Assembly: GCA_012295275.1 (NCBI GenBank) | Contig: CM022676.1 | Span: 2,728,001-2,792,000, forward strand | DNA length: 64,000 nucleotides | From: Chrysomallon squamiferum | Taxonomy: Eukaryota > Animalia > Mollusca | Direction: 5' to 3' | In this document: in pieces, positions 1 to 13,500 of the stretch | How positions within the stretch are numbered: position 1 is the stretch's first letter | Layout: every line of letters begins with the position of its first letter | Made by a program: the position numbers and the translations under genes | The notes under the pieces: generated by a model | Seen by the model: the letters and a program-made list of their open reading frames with translations, nothing else | Told to the model about the DNA's origin: nothing | The model's database searches: none

Positions 1-445
1 AATAAAGTAAGTAAGTTAGTAAATAATTACCTAAGTAAGTAAGAAAGGAAGTGTGTTCGCAAATAATCAACTAAGTAACTACGTAAATAATTAGGTAAGA
101 AAGAAAGAACGTAAGTAACTATGTAAATAATTACGTAAGTACCAATGAGAGTTAGTACGTAAATAATTACATAATTAAGAGAAAAAGTAAGTTAGTAAGT
201 AAATATTTGCCTAAGAAAGTAAGAAAGAAAGTATGTTCGTAAGTAATTACGTTAGTAAGTAAGAAAGTAAGTAAGTACCTAAACAATTACGTAAGTAAGT
301 ACGTAAATAATTACCTAAATAAGCAGCAATGCAAGTAAGTACGCAAATAATTACCTAAGTAATTATGAAAGTATGTGTGTACGTAAACAATTACCTAAGT
401 AATTGAGAAAGCAAGTTATTACATAAATAATTACCTAATTAATAA
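1..445 (+). repeat. AAGT-based degenerate satellite (family 1), A-rich strand on +
   Basis: Recurrent ~30-40 bp units such as aagtaagtacgtaaataattacctaagtaagaaag; runs off the window start. Confidence 0.9.
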
Positions 446-1053
446 ATAAAGTAAATTTTTACCGTACAGGGGATCTAGTCGTTTACAAGATCCATCATAG
501 GGATTACACTGTTGAGACAGTAATTTATTATCGTAATGGTATAATTCTACCCGCATCAACTACGTAAACAACTGATCGACAAAGAGACCATTTTGAATTA
601 TTTCTAAATTATTTAACGGTGTATTTTCCAATAATACCAAAAAAACAAATTCCAAATTCGGTTTTTGGTAAAATAACATTATCACTGAAATGAAAATTAT
701 TTGATGACCAAATCACGATAAAATCAATATCATTATGCTAATTTATGTGTATGTGTGCGCGTGTGTGAGTTGTGTGTGTCGCTAATACGTCGCTAATAAT
801 ACAGATTACGCTACGTAATTACTGCACCAAAATAAATAATGGCATCTTACTAAATCCCGCTTATCAAAGTAAGACCAAAGTTTCAAGTTTCTTTTCTATT
901 ATCTCCATGTAAACGAAAGTGAACCTCGGGTTATGGAAGCCCTGGCTTGTCTCGTCTCTTGTTTTTCTTCAGATGCCACATTTACTTTTAAAATATTATC
1001 TGTAGTTAGTATCCTGAACAAAGAAATATCTACTGAAACATTTTTTTCACGGA
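32..1053 (+). repeat. Left arm A of inverted duplication (partner ~22629-23708)
   Basis: accgtacaggggatctagtcgtttacaagatcc... (461-) is the reverse complement of ...ggatcttgtaaacgactagatcccctgtacggt (~23222-23254); tactgaaacatttttttcacgga (1031-1053) matches tccgtgaaaaaaatgtttcagta (~22629-22651). Confidence 0.92.
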
Positions 1054-1431
1054 TATGTGGGTTTCAGTGTAGAAATAAAGACGAACTAATAAAACTTAAT
1101 CAACATTGATATATTTGAATATATTATATAACGAAGTAAGTGAAAATGTTATTATATTAGGTAAACGCGTTTGAAAAATGTCGTTTGTTATAATTGATTT
1201 TCTAAAATTACCATTGAAAATAAGTGAAGGCGTGATTTTTATATGATATGAATTGGTGATGTACTTCAGCAATTTTATTTCTGTTATTTATGATTGTTTA
1301 AAATCTGACAGCAGATAAAAAATTTAAAATACTCAAAACGAACATTTTTAACACAACATCTATTTTTAAAAAGTTTATAGAATTACAGAAAATCACAGTG
1401 TTTATTTATTTCGTGTTTTTGTCTGTTTCAG

Positions 1432-1631
1432 CTAAGCCAGGTGAAATTGAAATGATCGTTACACCAAAAATGGAGTTCAACTTCTATACTGTCAATGAAA
1501 CTGTACAGTTCGGGTGTAATGGAAATGTTGGTAACCCAGCCCAATCGTGGTCGTGGCAGTTGAAGTACACTGGTGACATGATGTGGATATCGTACCCATA
1601 CACATACAGAATCAAGGATGAACCACCTACA
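1432..1631 (+). pseudogene. Truncated second-Ig-domain exon (copy 1) of an IgSF receptor, cut by satellite
   Basis: Acceptor tgtttcag, phase 1; KPGEIEMIVTPKMEFNFYTVNETVQFGCNGNVGNPAQSWSWQLKYTGDMMWISYPYTYRIKDEPPT, paralogous to the 5937 and 29060 exons; satellite starts at ~1632 before the domain-closing Cys. Confidence 0.85.
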
Positions 1632-4600
1632 TTTATGTTCGTACTTACTTGCTATCGTACTGTATTAGGTAATTATTTACTGACTTACTTACTTACTTTG
1701 TTTCTTAATTAGGTAGTTATTTATGTACAAACTCATTTTTGTACTTACTCAGGTGATTATTTGCGTACTTACTTGCTTTATTACTTAGGTAATTATTTAT
1801 GTACTTACTTGCTTTCTTACTTAGTTGTATAATTATTTACGTACTTACGTTCTTTCTTTCTAAGCTAATTATATTCGTACCTACTTACTTTCTTTCGCAC
1901 ATACGTAATTCTTTACGTACTTACTTGCTTTGTTGTTTCCATAGGTAATTATATACGTATTTACTTAATTTCTTTCTTACTTAGGTAATTATTTACTGAC
2001 TTACTTACTTCCTTTCTTAATTACATACTTATTAACGTATTCTCTTTGCTACGAACTTAGGTAATTATTTACGCACTTACTTGCATTCTTTCTTACTTAG
2101 GTAATTGTTTACGTACATACATACTTTCTTACTTGCTTAGGTAATTATTTGCTCACTTACTTACTTACTTGATTTCTTAATTAGGTAATTATTTACGTAC
2201 TATCTCTCTTTGGTAATTACTTAGGTGCTTATTTACGTACTTACGTTGTTTCTTTGGCAGCTAATTATTTACGTATTTACTTACATAGGTGATTATTTAT
2301 AAACATATATCCTTTATTACTTACTTAGGAAAGTATTTACTTACTTAATTACTTATATTATTTCTTAATTGTGTAATTACCTACGTACTAGTTTGCTTTG
2401 ATACTGGTTAAGATAATTGTTTACGTACTTACTTAGTTTATTTATCACTTAGGTAATTATTTACGAACGTATTTCCTTTCTTACTTACGTTATTATTTAC
2501 GTACTTACACTCTTTTTTATTAGATAATTGTTAATGTAATTACTTATATTCTGACTTACTTCTGAATTATTTAGGTACTTACTTGCTTTCTTGCTTCCTT
2601 AAGTATTTGTTGTGGTTCCTACTTACTTTCTCTCTTACTTAGGTAATTATTTACCGACTTAGTTATTTTCCTGCTTACTTTGATAATTGTTTAAGTATTT
2701 ATTTACTTTCTGACTTACTTAGGTAAGTATTTATGTACGAACTTGCTTCCTTGCTTAGATAAGTAAGTATTTATTGCTTACTATATTTCTTTCTTCCTTA
2801 GGTAATTATTTATGTTTTTTTTTCTTGCATAGGTTACGTACTTACTTGCGTCTTTGCTTAGGTAATTATTTACGTACTTACTATCTGCCTTTCTTACTTA
2901 CGAATATTATTTACGCACGTAGTTACTTTCTTTGTAACTTATGTATTTCTCATGGTACCTACTTACTTTCTGACTTACTTAGATAGTTATTTACGTACTT
3001 ACCTGCTTTCTTCCTTTCTTAGGAAATTATTTACGTACTTACTTACTTTCTTTTTTACATAGATAATTTTTAATGTACTTACTTGCATTCCCACTTACTT
3101 AGGTAATTGTTTTGTACTTAAGTGTTTTCTTGGTTACTTAGGTAATTATATACGAAGTTACACGCTTCCTTTCTTAGTTAGATAATTATTTATGTATTTA
3201 CTATCATTCTTTCTTACTTAGGTAATTATTCACGTACTTAATAGCTTTGTTGCTTACTTAGGTAAATATTTAGGTACTTACTTAATTTCTTTATTTCTTA
3301 GATAATTGTTAATGTACTTACTTATATTCTCTGTTTCTTATGTAATTTTTCTATATACTTGTTTTCTTGCTTCCTTAGGTTATTATTTACGTACTTAATT
3401 TATTTCCTACTTGAATAATTGTTAATGTACTTAGTTACATTCTTACTTACTTAGGTAATTATTTAAGTACTTACTTGCTTTCTTGCTTACATAGATAATT
3501 ATTTACGAACTTACGTTCTTTCTTACTTTGATAACTGTTAATGTACTTATTTATACTCTTACTTACTTAGGTAATTATTTACGTAGATACTTGATTTCTT
3601 GATTCCATAGGTATTTGTTATTGTTCCTAGTCACATTCTCACTTACTTAGTTAATTATATATCTACTTACTATGTTTCTTTAGTACTAAGATAATTTGTT
3701 ACGTAAATACTTTCCTAACTAAGCAAGAAAACAAGCAAGTACGTAAATAATTACCTAAGTAAGAAAGAAAGAAAGTAAGTACGTAAATAATTACCTAATT
3801 AAGTGAGAATGTAAGTAAGTACATTAACAGATACCTAAGTAAGAAAGAAAATAAGTAAGTACACAAATAGTTATCTAAGAAAGGAAGAAAGCAAGTAAGT
3901 ACATAAATATTGATCTTAGTATGTGAGAAAGAAAGTACGTACCATGACATGTACCTAAGTAACCAAGAAAGCAAGTAAGTACGTAAATAAATACCTAACG
4001 AAGAAAGAAAGATAGTAGTTACATAAACAATTAACTAACTAAGCAAGGAAGCAAGCACGTACGTAGATAATCACTAAAGTAAGTGAGAATGTAAGTAAGA
4101 ACTATAACAAACACCTTAAGAATCATGAAAACCAATAAGTACGAATCTAATTACCTAAGTAAGAAATACCTAAGTATTTACGTAATACTTAATTTGTTTC
4201 TTACATAGATAATAGTTAATGTACTTACTTACATTCTCGCATACTTAGGTAATTATTTAAGTACTTACCTACTTTCTTACTTAGATAATTGCTAATGTAC
4301 TTACTTACATTCTCACTAACTTAGTTACTTGCTTCCTTGCTTACTTAGGACATTATTTAAATACATACTAACTTACTTTCCTACTTAGATAATTGTTAAT
4401 ATACTTAATTACATTCTAACATACTTAGATTATTATTTACTTACTTACTCGCTTCCTTGCTTAATTAGGCATTATTTACAAACTTATTTACTTTTTTAGT
4501 ACGATGATTGTTAATACATTTAGTACATTGTCACATACTTAGTTACTTGCTTCCTTGTTAACTTAGGTCATTATTTACGTACTTACGTTCTTTCTTAGAT

Positions 4601-4753
4601 AACTGTTAATTTACTTACTTACGCTCTAACTTACTAAGTTACTTGCTTCCTTGCTTACATAGGCCATTATTTATGTACTTACTTTCTTACTTAGATAATT
4701 GTTAATATATTTACTTACATTCTCATTTACTTATGTTAGGTCATTATTTACGT
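1632..4753 (-). repeat. Family-1 satellite, T-rich orientation, with an internal flipped block at ~3716-4175
   Basis: acttacttaggtaattatttacgtac units; polarity switches to A-rich at ~3716 and back at ~4176. Confidence 0.9.
2076..4753 (+). repeat. Left arm B of inverted duplication (partner 19076-22626)
   Basis: Diagnostic variants are shared in reverse complement: 4141-4220 vs ~19605-19690; ttatgttaggtcattatttacgt (4731-4753) vs acgtaaataatgacctaacataa (19076-19098). Confidence 0.92.
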
Positions 4754-5076
4754 TACTGTTATTAATCTTTTGCATTTTAAATAATCTCTTGAGAATATTA
4801 TTGTTTCATTTTTTTTTTTCAAACTTAGTGGTTTAAATTTATTTAAATACATTACTAATCTATTATTCTATGAATTTGACATAGAAAAATTCTGTAATTT
4901 CGCTACAATATGTGATGAAATATTTGAAATATGGAAGCAAACACATTAAATAAAAATTAATGTTTTCTTCTGATTTATATGATAAACGTATTATGAAGAT
5001 TAAGAAATATATAACATTGACATTGAAAACCTTTACTACATTTTAAAGTTATTTTTTTGTTCGTGTTTATTTACAG

Positions 5077-5478
5077 GTGAAGCCGCACAACTGACAATCA
5101 GCCCACGTCCTGTTTATGAAGGAGTTCCTGTGACAGTCAGATGTAATCTTGGTAACATCATCAGTCATGTTGATGTACTTAATTCTGTATCAGTGAGCAG
5201 AAGACTTCTCAGCAATCCCAGTACTGATGTTACGATAGCTTCTGCTGTCACACTAATGAATGGAGGTAAATCTGTTTCAAAAGATGTAAACAATTTTGTA
5301 TCTAGAGCGACAGTGACAGGAAAGTCTGACAACAATGACAAATCAGGATCTTTTGTCCAGATTCAACTGACAGGTATGACTTGCAGTGATTCAGGAGAAT
5401 ATTTATGTGTAATTGGTTATTCCACATTTACTGGTTGTCCAGATACCTCTGAAAGTTCTGATAACATTACCATTCAAA
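5077..5478 (+). CDS. Intact V-like Ig-domain exon (copy 2), phase 1-1, 402 nt
   Basis: ttacag|GT...CAA A|gtaagt; GEAAQLTISPRPVYEGVPVTVRCNL...SFVQIQLTGMTCSDSGEYLCVIGY..., with B-strand Cys and DxGxYxC F-strand motif; no in-window signal exon upstream (satellite instead). Confidence 0.85.
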
Positions 5479-5936
5479 GTAAGTGAAAACATGATTTATT
5501 TTTATGAGTTGTCGTGCATTTAGAGAATTTCATTTGTGTTGTTGTTGATTATATAACTTTACTAACGAAAGGAAGTTAAAACTTGGTTTTATATAATATT
5601 AGTTATTGACGAATTTGGGTGAATTCACTTCTGTTATTACTGATTATAGAACATTACTAGAGAAAGTAAGTGAAGATGTCATTTCAGATAATGTGAAATG
5701 TTCATGTGTTTTATGTCTGTTATTTGTACTTGTGTAAAAGATCTGAGTCAATAAGCGAGAATAAAAATGTTCAACACAAACAATTACTTTTCAAAATTAG
5801 TCGAAAAAAGTACATTTGTATATAATACAAAATTCATCTATCTATCTATCTATCTATATCTATATCTATATATGTAACTGAACTAAATTATAGAAAAACG
5901 TTGTGTTTATTTATTTCGTGATTTTATCTGTTTCAG

Positions 5937-6203
5937 CAAAGCCAGGTGAAGTTGAAATGGTCGTGACACGAATAAAGGAGTTCAACTCCTATGTTGTCAA
6001 TGAAACTGTAGAGTTCAGGTGTAATGGAAATGTTGGTAACCCAGCACAGTCGTGGTCGTTGCAGTGGAAGAACGCTGGTGACATGAAGTGGATCTCGTAC
6101 CCATACACAGACAGAATCAAAGATGACCCACCTAGACTAGCTGGGTGTCAGAACAGATGAAGTTCTGTTTTAACACACACTGTATCTCTCAGTGACAAGA
6201 AAC
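5937..6203 (+). pseudogene. Second-Ig-domain exon (copy 2) with premature stop and 3' truncation
   Basis: Acceptor tttcag; TGA at 6158-6160 where the 29060 paralog has GGA; homology to the paralog ends at ~6203 before FRC. Confidence 0.85.
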
Positions 6204-6349
6204 GGTGAAGCAGTGTTGTTTTGTCTTTTCCTCTCTACAGTAGTCTGTCTGTCTCTTCATTTTTTTCCTTACGTATCCAGCTATATATATAAAGCATGCA
6301 ACTCTAAAAAATGATTTTTTTTTTTTTTAAATAAATGATTATATTACAG

Positions 6350-6633
6350 CTATGTAAGACGTCATAGTATAAAGTGCATAGAGTCAAAGTACGTGACTCA
6401 GCTGAACAAAACCGACTCGGAAGCGGATCAACCAATTATGAGTCAGAAAACAGAAGAAATTATGTAAATCTAGACCAAGACATCACAATAGAGACAGATC
6501 ACGTGATACACTGCAGCAAAGTAGGTCTGATGACATCACAGGATATGACAATGGAATACAATAGAATGAATATGGTCACATTTTCCCAGTCACGACAGCA
6601 AAAGATTTGTACGAGAAAATACTGAACAATTAA
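6350..6633 (+). pseudogene. Probable decayed cytoplasmic-tail terminal exon with several Tyr motifs
   Basis: Acceptor attacag; one frame gives ...GSTNYESENRRNYVNLDQ; after a frameshift at ~6480, HHNRDRSRDTLQQSRSDDITGYDNGIQ*NEYGHIFPVTTAKDLYEKILNN*; AATAAA at ~6817 and ~6844. Confidence 0.5.
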
Positions 6634-7251
6634 AATACAGACCCGTGTTTGTACGTACGTGTGTTTGTTTTTCTCTACATGAATTTTATGTAATGCAGTA
6701 GAAAGTATGATTAAGTTACAATTATTTAAATTGTAGACACAGTGTCTTATCCCTGCAGGATATCAAACCTTTTTAAAAGAACATAACTATATTTCGTTTT
6801 ATGATAATTAATTCTGAATAAACGTCATGTGATTCATATTTTCAATAAAGAAGGTATTTGTTTGTTTGTTTGTTTAAATGTATTTCGTTTTCGTGTTTTG
6901 TATTTGTATGTATTTATATTAGCAATGAGATTTATTTTATATGTGGGATGATTGCAGAATAATTCATATTAACAAGCTGATCTATTGTTTCTAGTATAAA
7001 TAATATTAGCAAAGAGATTTACTTTATTTGAGTATTTTGATGTTTTATATTCGTAGGATAATTAATATCAGAAAGGAGATTTATTTTATGTGTGTACTGC
7101 TTGGTGTACCGGTAGTTGTATCATTTGTATTGTTTAGTTATAGCTTCTTTCTGTGTGATAAATTTACTTAACTTTTGTCACGAATAAAATAAAAAATACT
7201 TTGTTTTAATTTCTTGTTTGACAGCAGTGATGAGTTCTCAACAGAAATGAT

Positions 7252-7406
<155 letters not shown>

Positions 7407-7539
7407 CAAATAAATATGTATGCGTATATGCCTATATTTATCTCTGCATGTATGTGTATATTCCTATGTAAATGGTCTTGTGTAATAGAATATGTGTGTA
7501 TATGTTAGTGTGTGTATATGGGTATGTGTTTGTTTGTAA

Positions 7540-10500
7540 GCAAGTTCATAAATATTCACATAAGGAAGAAATAAAGTAAGTACCTAATAACCTGAGTAAT
7601 AACAAAAGTATGTAAGTTCGTAAATAACTACCAAAGAAAGACAGTATGCAAGTACGTAAATAATTACCTAAGGAAAGAAGAAAAGTAAGTACATTAATAA
7701 TTACCAAAGACAGAAAGAAATTAGGAAGTGGGTAAATAATCAGGAAGTAGGTAAGAATGTAAGTTAGTCCGTAAATATCTACCTAAGTAAGTAAGAAAGA
7801 AAGTACATGAATAATTATGTAGGTAGGAGAACATGTAAGTACAAAAATAATTACTTAGGTAAGTAATAAAAAATAAGAAATTACCTAAGCAAGAAGGAAA
7901 GTAAGAAAGTACGTAAATAAATTCCTATGTAAGAATGAACGTAAGTAAGTACTTAAATCATTACCTAAGTAAGAAAGAAAGTACGTAAATAATTATGTAG
8001 GTAGGAGAAAATGCTAGTATGTAAATAATTACCTAGGAAAAAAGAGGAAAGAAAGTAGGTACTTGAATAATTACCTATGTAAATGCGTAAATAATTACCA
8101 AAATAAGTAAAAATGAAAAGTAAGAACATAATTAATTACCGAATTAGAAAACTAAGTAAGAACGTAAATAAACACCTAAGTAAATAACAAAACAAGTAAG
8201 TACGTAAATAATTACATATGTAAGAAATAAATAATTGGTAAGTAAGTAGGTGTTCAAATAATTACCTAAGTAAACAAGGAAGTATGTTCATATGTAATTA
8301 CCTAAAATAAACAAGAAAAACTAAGTAAATAAGCAAGAAAACAAATTACCTAAATAAGAAGTAAAAGTAAGTAAGTAAGAAACCTAAGTAAGAACGTAGA
8401 TAATAGTCTAAATAATTAACAAAGCTAGTTAAAAGGTAAATAATTACCAAAGTATGTAAGAAAGAAAAGAGGTAATAAAATCATTTCCTAAATAACTTTC
8501 AAAACAAGTTAGTAGGTAAATAGCTAACAAAATAAGAACGAAAGGAAGAATGTTCGTAAATAATTACCTAAATAAGTAAGAAATGAAATATTTTCCTAAA
8601 TAAGTAAGGAAGTAAGTGAGTACGTAAATAATTAGTTAAGAAAAAAAGAACGTAAGAAAGAACGTAAATAAATACCTAAGTAAGAAATAAAATAACTAAG
8701 TAAGAAATAAAGTAAGTAAGTAAGAATATAATTACCTAAGTAAGTAAGTAAGAATATAAGCACGTAAACAATTACCTGACTAACTAAAAAAGTAAGTAAG
8801 AACATAAAAAATTACCTAAGTAAATAATAATGCAAGATAGTACGTAAATAGTTACATGATGAAGAAATAAAGTAAGTAAGTAAATAATTATCCGAGTAAG
8901 GAAGAATGGAAGTATCTTCATAAATAATTAAGTAAGGAAGAAACTAAGTAAGTACGTAAATAATTACCTAAGTAAGAAATAAAGTAAGAAAGAAAGCAAG
9001 TAAGTACGTAAATAATATCCTAAGGAAGTCACAAAGCTAATTATGACGTAAATAATTACCTAAGTCAGTAAGAAAAGAAGTATGTTCATAAATAATTACA
9101 TAAGTAAGCAAGAAACTAAGTAAGTACGAAAACAGTTACCTAAGCAAAGAAATAAAGTAAGTAAGAAAGCAAATAATTACGTAAATAATTGCTTCAGTAA
9201 GCAATACAAATAAATAATTAAATAATTACAAAAGTAATTAAGAAAGGAAATAAGTACGTAAATATTTACCCAAGTAACGTAATTAATAAAGTAAGTAAGT
9301 ACTTAAATATTCATCTTAAAATGTGAGAAAGAAAGTAGGCACCATGACAAGTACCTAAGTAAGAAAGAAGCCAATTAAGTACGTAAATAATGTCCTAAGT
9401 AAGCAATAATGAAAGTAAGTACTTAAATATTCATCTTAAAATGTGAGAAAGAAAGTAGGCACCATGACAAATACCTAAGTAAGAAAGAAAGTAAGTAGGT
9501 TAATATATTCCTAAGAAAGCAAGAAAGCAAGTAAGTACGTAAATATTTACCTAAGTAAGTGAGATAGCAAGTAGGTACCATGGAAAATACCTAAGTAAGA
9601 AAGAAAGTAAGCAAGTACGTAAATAATTACCTAAGTAAGAAAGAAAGAAAGTAAGTAAGTAAATAATTACCTAATTAAGTGAGAATGTAAGTAAGTACAT
9701 TAACAGATACCTAAGTAAGAAAGAAAATAAGTAAGTACACAAATAGTTATCTAAGAAAGGAAGAAAGCAAGTAAATAAATATTGATCTTAGTATGTGAGA
9801 AAGAAAGTACGTACCATGACATGTACCTAAGTAAGAAAGAAAGTAATTAAGTAGGTAAATAATGTCCTAAGGAAGCAAGAAAGAAAGTAAGTATGTAAAT
9901 AATTACCTAAGTAAGACGAGAAAGCAAGTAGGTACCATGACAAATACCTAAGTAAGAAACAAAGTAAGAACGTAAACAAATTCCCAAGTAAGCAAGATAG
10001 CAAGTGAGTACGTAAATAATTAACTAAGTACGAAAGAAAGCAAAAAAGCAAGTAAGTATGTAAATAACTACCTGAGTAAATGAGAAAGTAAGTAGGTACA
10101 ATGACAGGTAACTAAGTAAGAAAGAAAGGAAGTAAGTACCTAAATAACTACCTAAGTTAGAAAGTTAGAAAGTTAGTAAGTACGTAAATAATTACCTGAG
10201 TAACTGAGAAAGTCAGTAGGTACCACATGAAATACCTCAGGAGAAAAGGAAATAAGTAAGTATATAAATAACTACCTTTGTAAGAAAGAAAATAAGTAGG
10301 TAAAATGACAAGTACCTAAGTAAGAAAGAAAGTAATTAAGTACGTACATAATTTCTTAAGTAAGCAAGAAAGCAAATAAGTACGAAAATATTTACCTAAG
10401 TAAGTGACAAAATAAGTAGGTAATATGACAAATACTTAAGAGAGGAAGAAAGCAAGTAAGTACTTAAATATTTACCTAATTAAGTGGGAAAGTTAGTAGG

Positions 10501-13500
10501 TACCATGACAAGTACTTAAGGAAGAAAGAAACTAATTAAGTATGTAAATAAGTAAGGAAGTATGTAAGTAGGTAAATAATTACCTAAGTAAGCGAGAATG
10601 AAAGTAAGTACGTAAATAATTACCTAAGTAAGCGAGAATGAAAGTAAGTACATTAACAAGTATGTAAGTAAGAAAGAAAGTAAGTATGTACGTAAATAAC
10701 TACCTAAGTAAGAAACAAAGTAAGTATGTAAATATTGATCTCAGTGTGAGAGAAATAAAGTACCTAAGTAATCAAGAAAGCAAGTAAGTACGTAAATAAT
10801 TACCTAAGGAAGCCAGAATGTGAGTAATTACATTAACAATTATCTAAGTAAGAAAGAAAGTAAGTATGTACGTAAATAACTACCTAAGTAAGTGAGAATG
10901 TAATGTAAGTACATTAACAAATATCTAAGTAAGTAAATAATTTCCTAAGTAAGGGAGAAATTAAGTAGGTACCATGTGAAATACTTAAGTAAGAAAGGAA
11001 ATAAGTACGTAAATAACTACTTAAGTTAGAAAGAAAGTAAGTAAGTAAGTATATAATTAGCTCAGTAAGTAAGAAAGTAAGTAGGTACGATGTGAAATAC
11101 CTAAGCAAAAAAGGAAGTAAGTAAGTATGTAAATAACTACCTAAGTAGGCAAGAAAATATTTAAGTACGTTAATAATTTCCTAAGTAAGGAAGAATGCAA
11201 GTAAGTACGTACATAATTACCTAAGTCAGCAAGGAAGCTAGCACTTACCTACATAATTACTTAAAAAAGTGAGAAAGTAAGTAGGTCCAACGACAAATAC
11301 CAAAGTACGAAAGAAAACAAGTAAGCACGCAAATAATTACTTAAGTAAGCAAGAAAGCAAATAAGTACACAATTAATTACCTAAGTAAGAGATAAAGTCA
11401 TCATGAACCATAACAAATACTCATGTAAGCGAGAAAGAAAGTAAGTATGTAACCAGTAAGTGAGAAGGTAAGTAAGTACATTAACAATTATATAAGTGAG
11501 AAAAAAGTAACTAAGTACGTGAATAATTACCTAAGTAAGCAAGGAAGCAAGTAAGTACGTAAAAATTACCTAATTAAGTGAGAATGTCAGTACATTAAGA
11601 AATATCTAAGTAAGAAAGAGAATAAGTAAGTACGTAAATAGCTATCTATGTAAGAAAGAAAGTAAGTATGTACGTAAATAACAACCTAAGTAAGTAAGAA
11701 AGTAAGTAGGTATAATGACAAGTACCTAAGTAAGAAAGAAAGTAATTAAAAAGGTAAATAATTTCCTAAGTAAGGAAGAAAGCAAGTATGAACGTAAATA
11801 TTTACCTAAGTAAGTGACATAGTAAGTAGGTAAAATGAGAAATACTCAAGTAAGGAAGAAAGCAAGTAAGTAGTTAAATATTTTCCTAAGTAAGTGAGAA
11901 AGTTAGTAGGTACCATGACAAGTACCAAAGTGAGAAAGAAAGCAATTAAGTACGTAAATAATTACCTAAGTAAGCGAGAATGTGAGTAATTATGTTATCG
12001 AATATCTAATTAAGGAAGAAAACAAACAAGTAAGTAAATAATTTCCTAAGTAAAGCAAGACAAATTAGTAAGTAAGTACTTATATACCTAAGTAAGTGAG
12101 AAAAAGTAAGTAAGTAGGTAGCATGCATGAAATAACTAAAATAAGAAAAGAAGTAAGAACGAAAAAATAACTGCCTAAGTAAGAAAGAAAATCAGTAAGT
12201 ACGTAAATAATTTCCTAAGTAAGCAAGAAAGGAAGTAAGTACGTAAGTAATTACCTAAGTAAGTGAGAAAGTAAGTAGGTCTAATGACAAATACCTAAGC
12301 AAGAAAGCAAGTAAGTATATAAATAGTTAGCTAAGTAAGTGAGAATGTAAGAAAGTACATTAACAATCATCTAGGAAAGAAAGAAAGTAAGTAAATACGT
12401 AAAAATTAACTAATTAAGTGAGAATGTAAGTACGGGCATTGACAAATGTCTAAGTAAGAAATAAAATAAGCAAGTACACAAACAGTTATCTAAGAAAGGA
12501 AGAAAGAAAGGAAGTACGTAAGTACTGATCTTAGTATTTGAGAAAGAAAGTAGTACTATGACATGTACTTAAATAAGAAAGAAGGTAAATAAGAACGTAA
12601 ATAATGTCCTAAGTAAGCAAGAAAGAAAGTAAGTATGTAAGTAATTACGTAATTGAGAAAGCAAGTAAGTACCATGACAAATACCTAAGTAAGAAACAAA
12701 GTAAGAACGTAAACAAATTCCCAAGTAAGCAAGATAGCAAGTAAGTACGTAAATAACTTAATAAGTATCCAAGAAAGCAAAAAAAGGAAGCAAGTACGTA
12801 AATTTCTACCTAAGTAAGTGAGAAAGTAAGTAGGTTCAATGACAGGTACCTAAGTAAGAAAGAAAGAAAGCACCAATATAACTACCTAAGTTAGCAAGGA
12901 AGAGAGTAAGTAAGTGAATAGTAACTTAAATAATTGAGAATGTAAGTAAGTACATTAACAACTATCTAGGTAAGAAGGAAAGTAAGTACCTAAATAAGGA
13001 CCTAAGTAAGCAACGTAGCAGCCAAATAAGTAAGGGAGCATGAAAGAATGTACGTTTGTAATTATCTAAGTAAGAAAGTACGTAAATAATGACCTGAGTA
13101 AGCAAGGAGGCAAATGACTAAGGAAATGAGAATGTAAGTAAGTACATTAACAATTGTCTCAGTTAGAATGTAGGTAACTACGTAAATAATGACGTAAGTA
13201 AGCATCTATGTAAGAACATAAGAATGTACGTAGATAATGACCTCAGTTACCAAGGCAGCGAGTAAGTAAGTAAATAGTAAGCTAAGTAATTGAGATTGTA
13301 AGTAATTACATTAGCAATTATATAAGTAAGAAAGAAAGTATGTAAGAACGTAAATAATGACCTCAGTAAGCAAGAAAGCAACTCACTAAGTAAGTGAGAA
13401 TGCTAGTAAATATATTAACAATTATCTAAGTAAGAAAGAAAGTAAGAACGTAAATTGTGACCTATCTAAGCAAGGAAGCAAGTAACTAAGGAAATGAGAA

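Larger units (their letters stand above)
4758..6203 (+). repeat. Direct segmental duplication of the Ig gene body (partner ~27882-29325)
   Basis: Intron and exon sequence align continuously from attaatcttttgcattttaaataatctcttgagaat through both exons. Confidence 0.92.

Noticed and set aside
933-1005. Possible signal-peptide exon in arm A (atggaag...cttgtttttcttcagatg)
   Set aside because: The hydrophobic frame is not in register with the ATG in either copy and there is no convincing donor
1394-1400. RSS heptamer CACAGTG upstream of an Ig exon (also at ~6738)
   Set aside because: No ACAAAAACC-like nonamer at 12 or 23 bp, not conserved in the paralogous introns, and not abutting a coding end
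5077-5478. Calling the gene a FREP/VIgL, TCR or antibody
   Set aside because: No fibrinogen or lectin exon, no J or constant segments, and no canonical C-strand Trp in the V-like domain; only generic IgSF similarity is supportable
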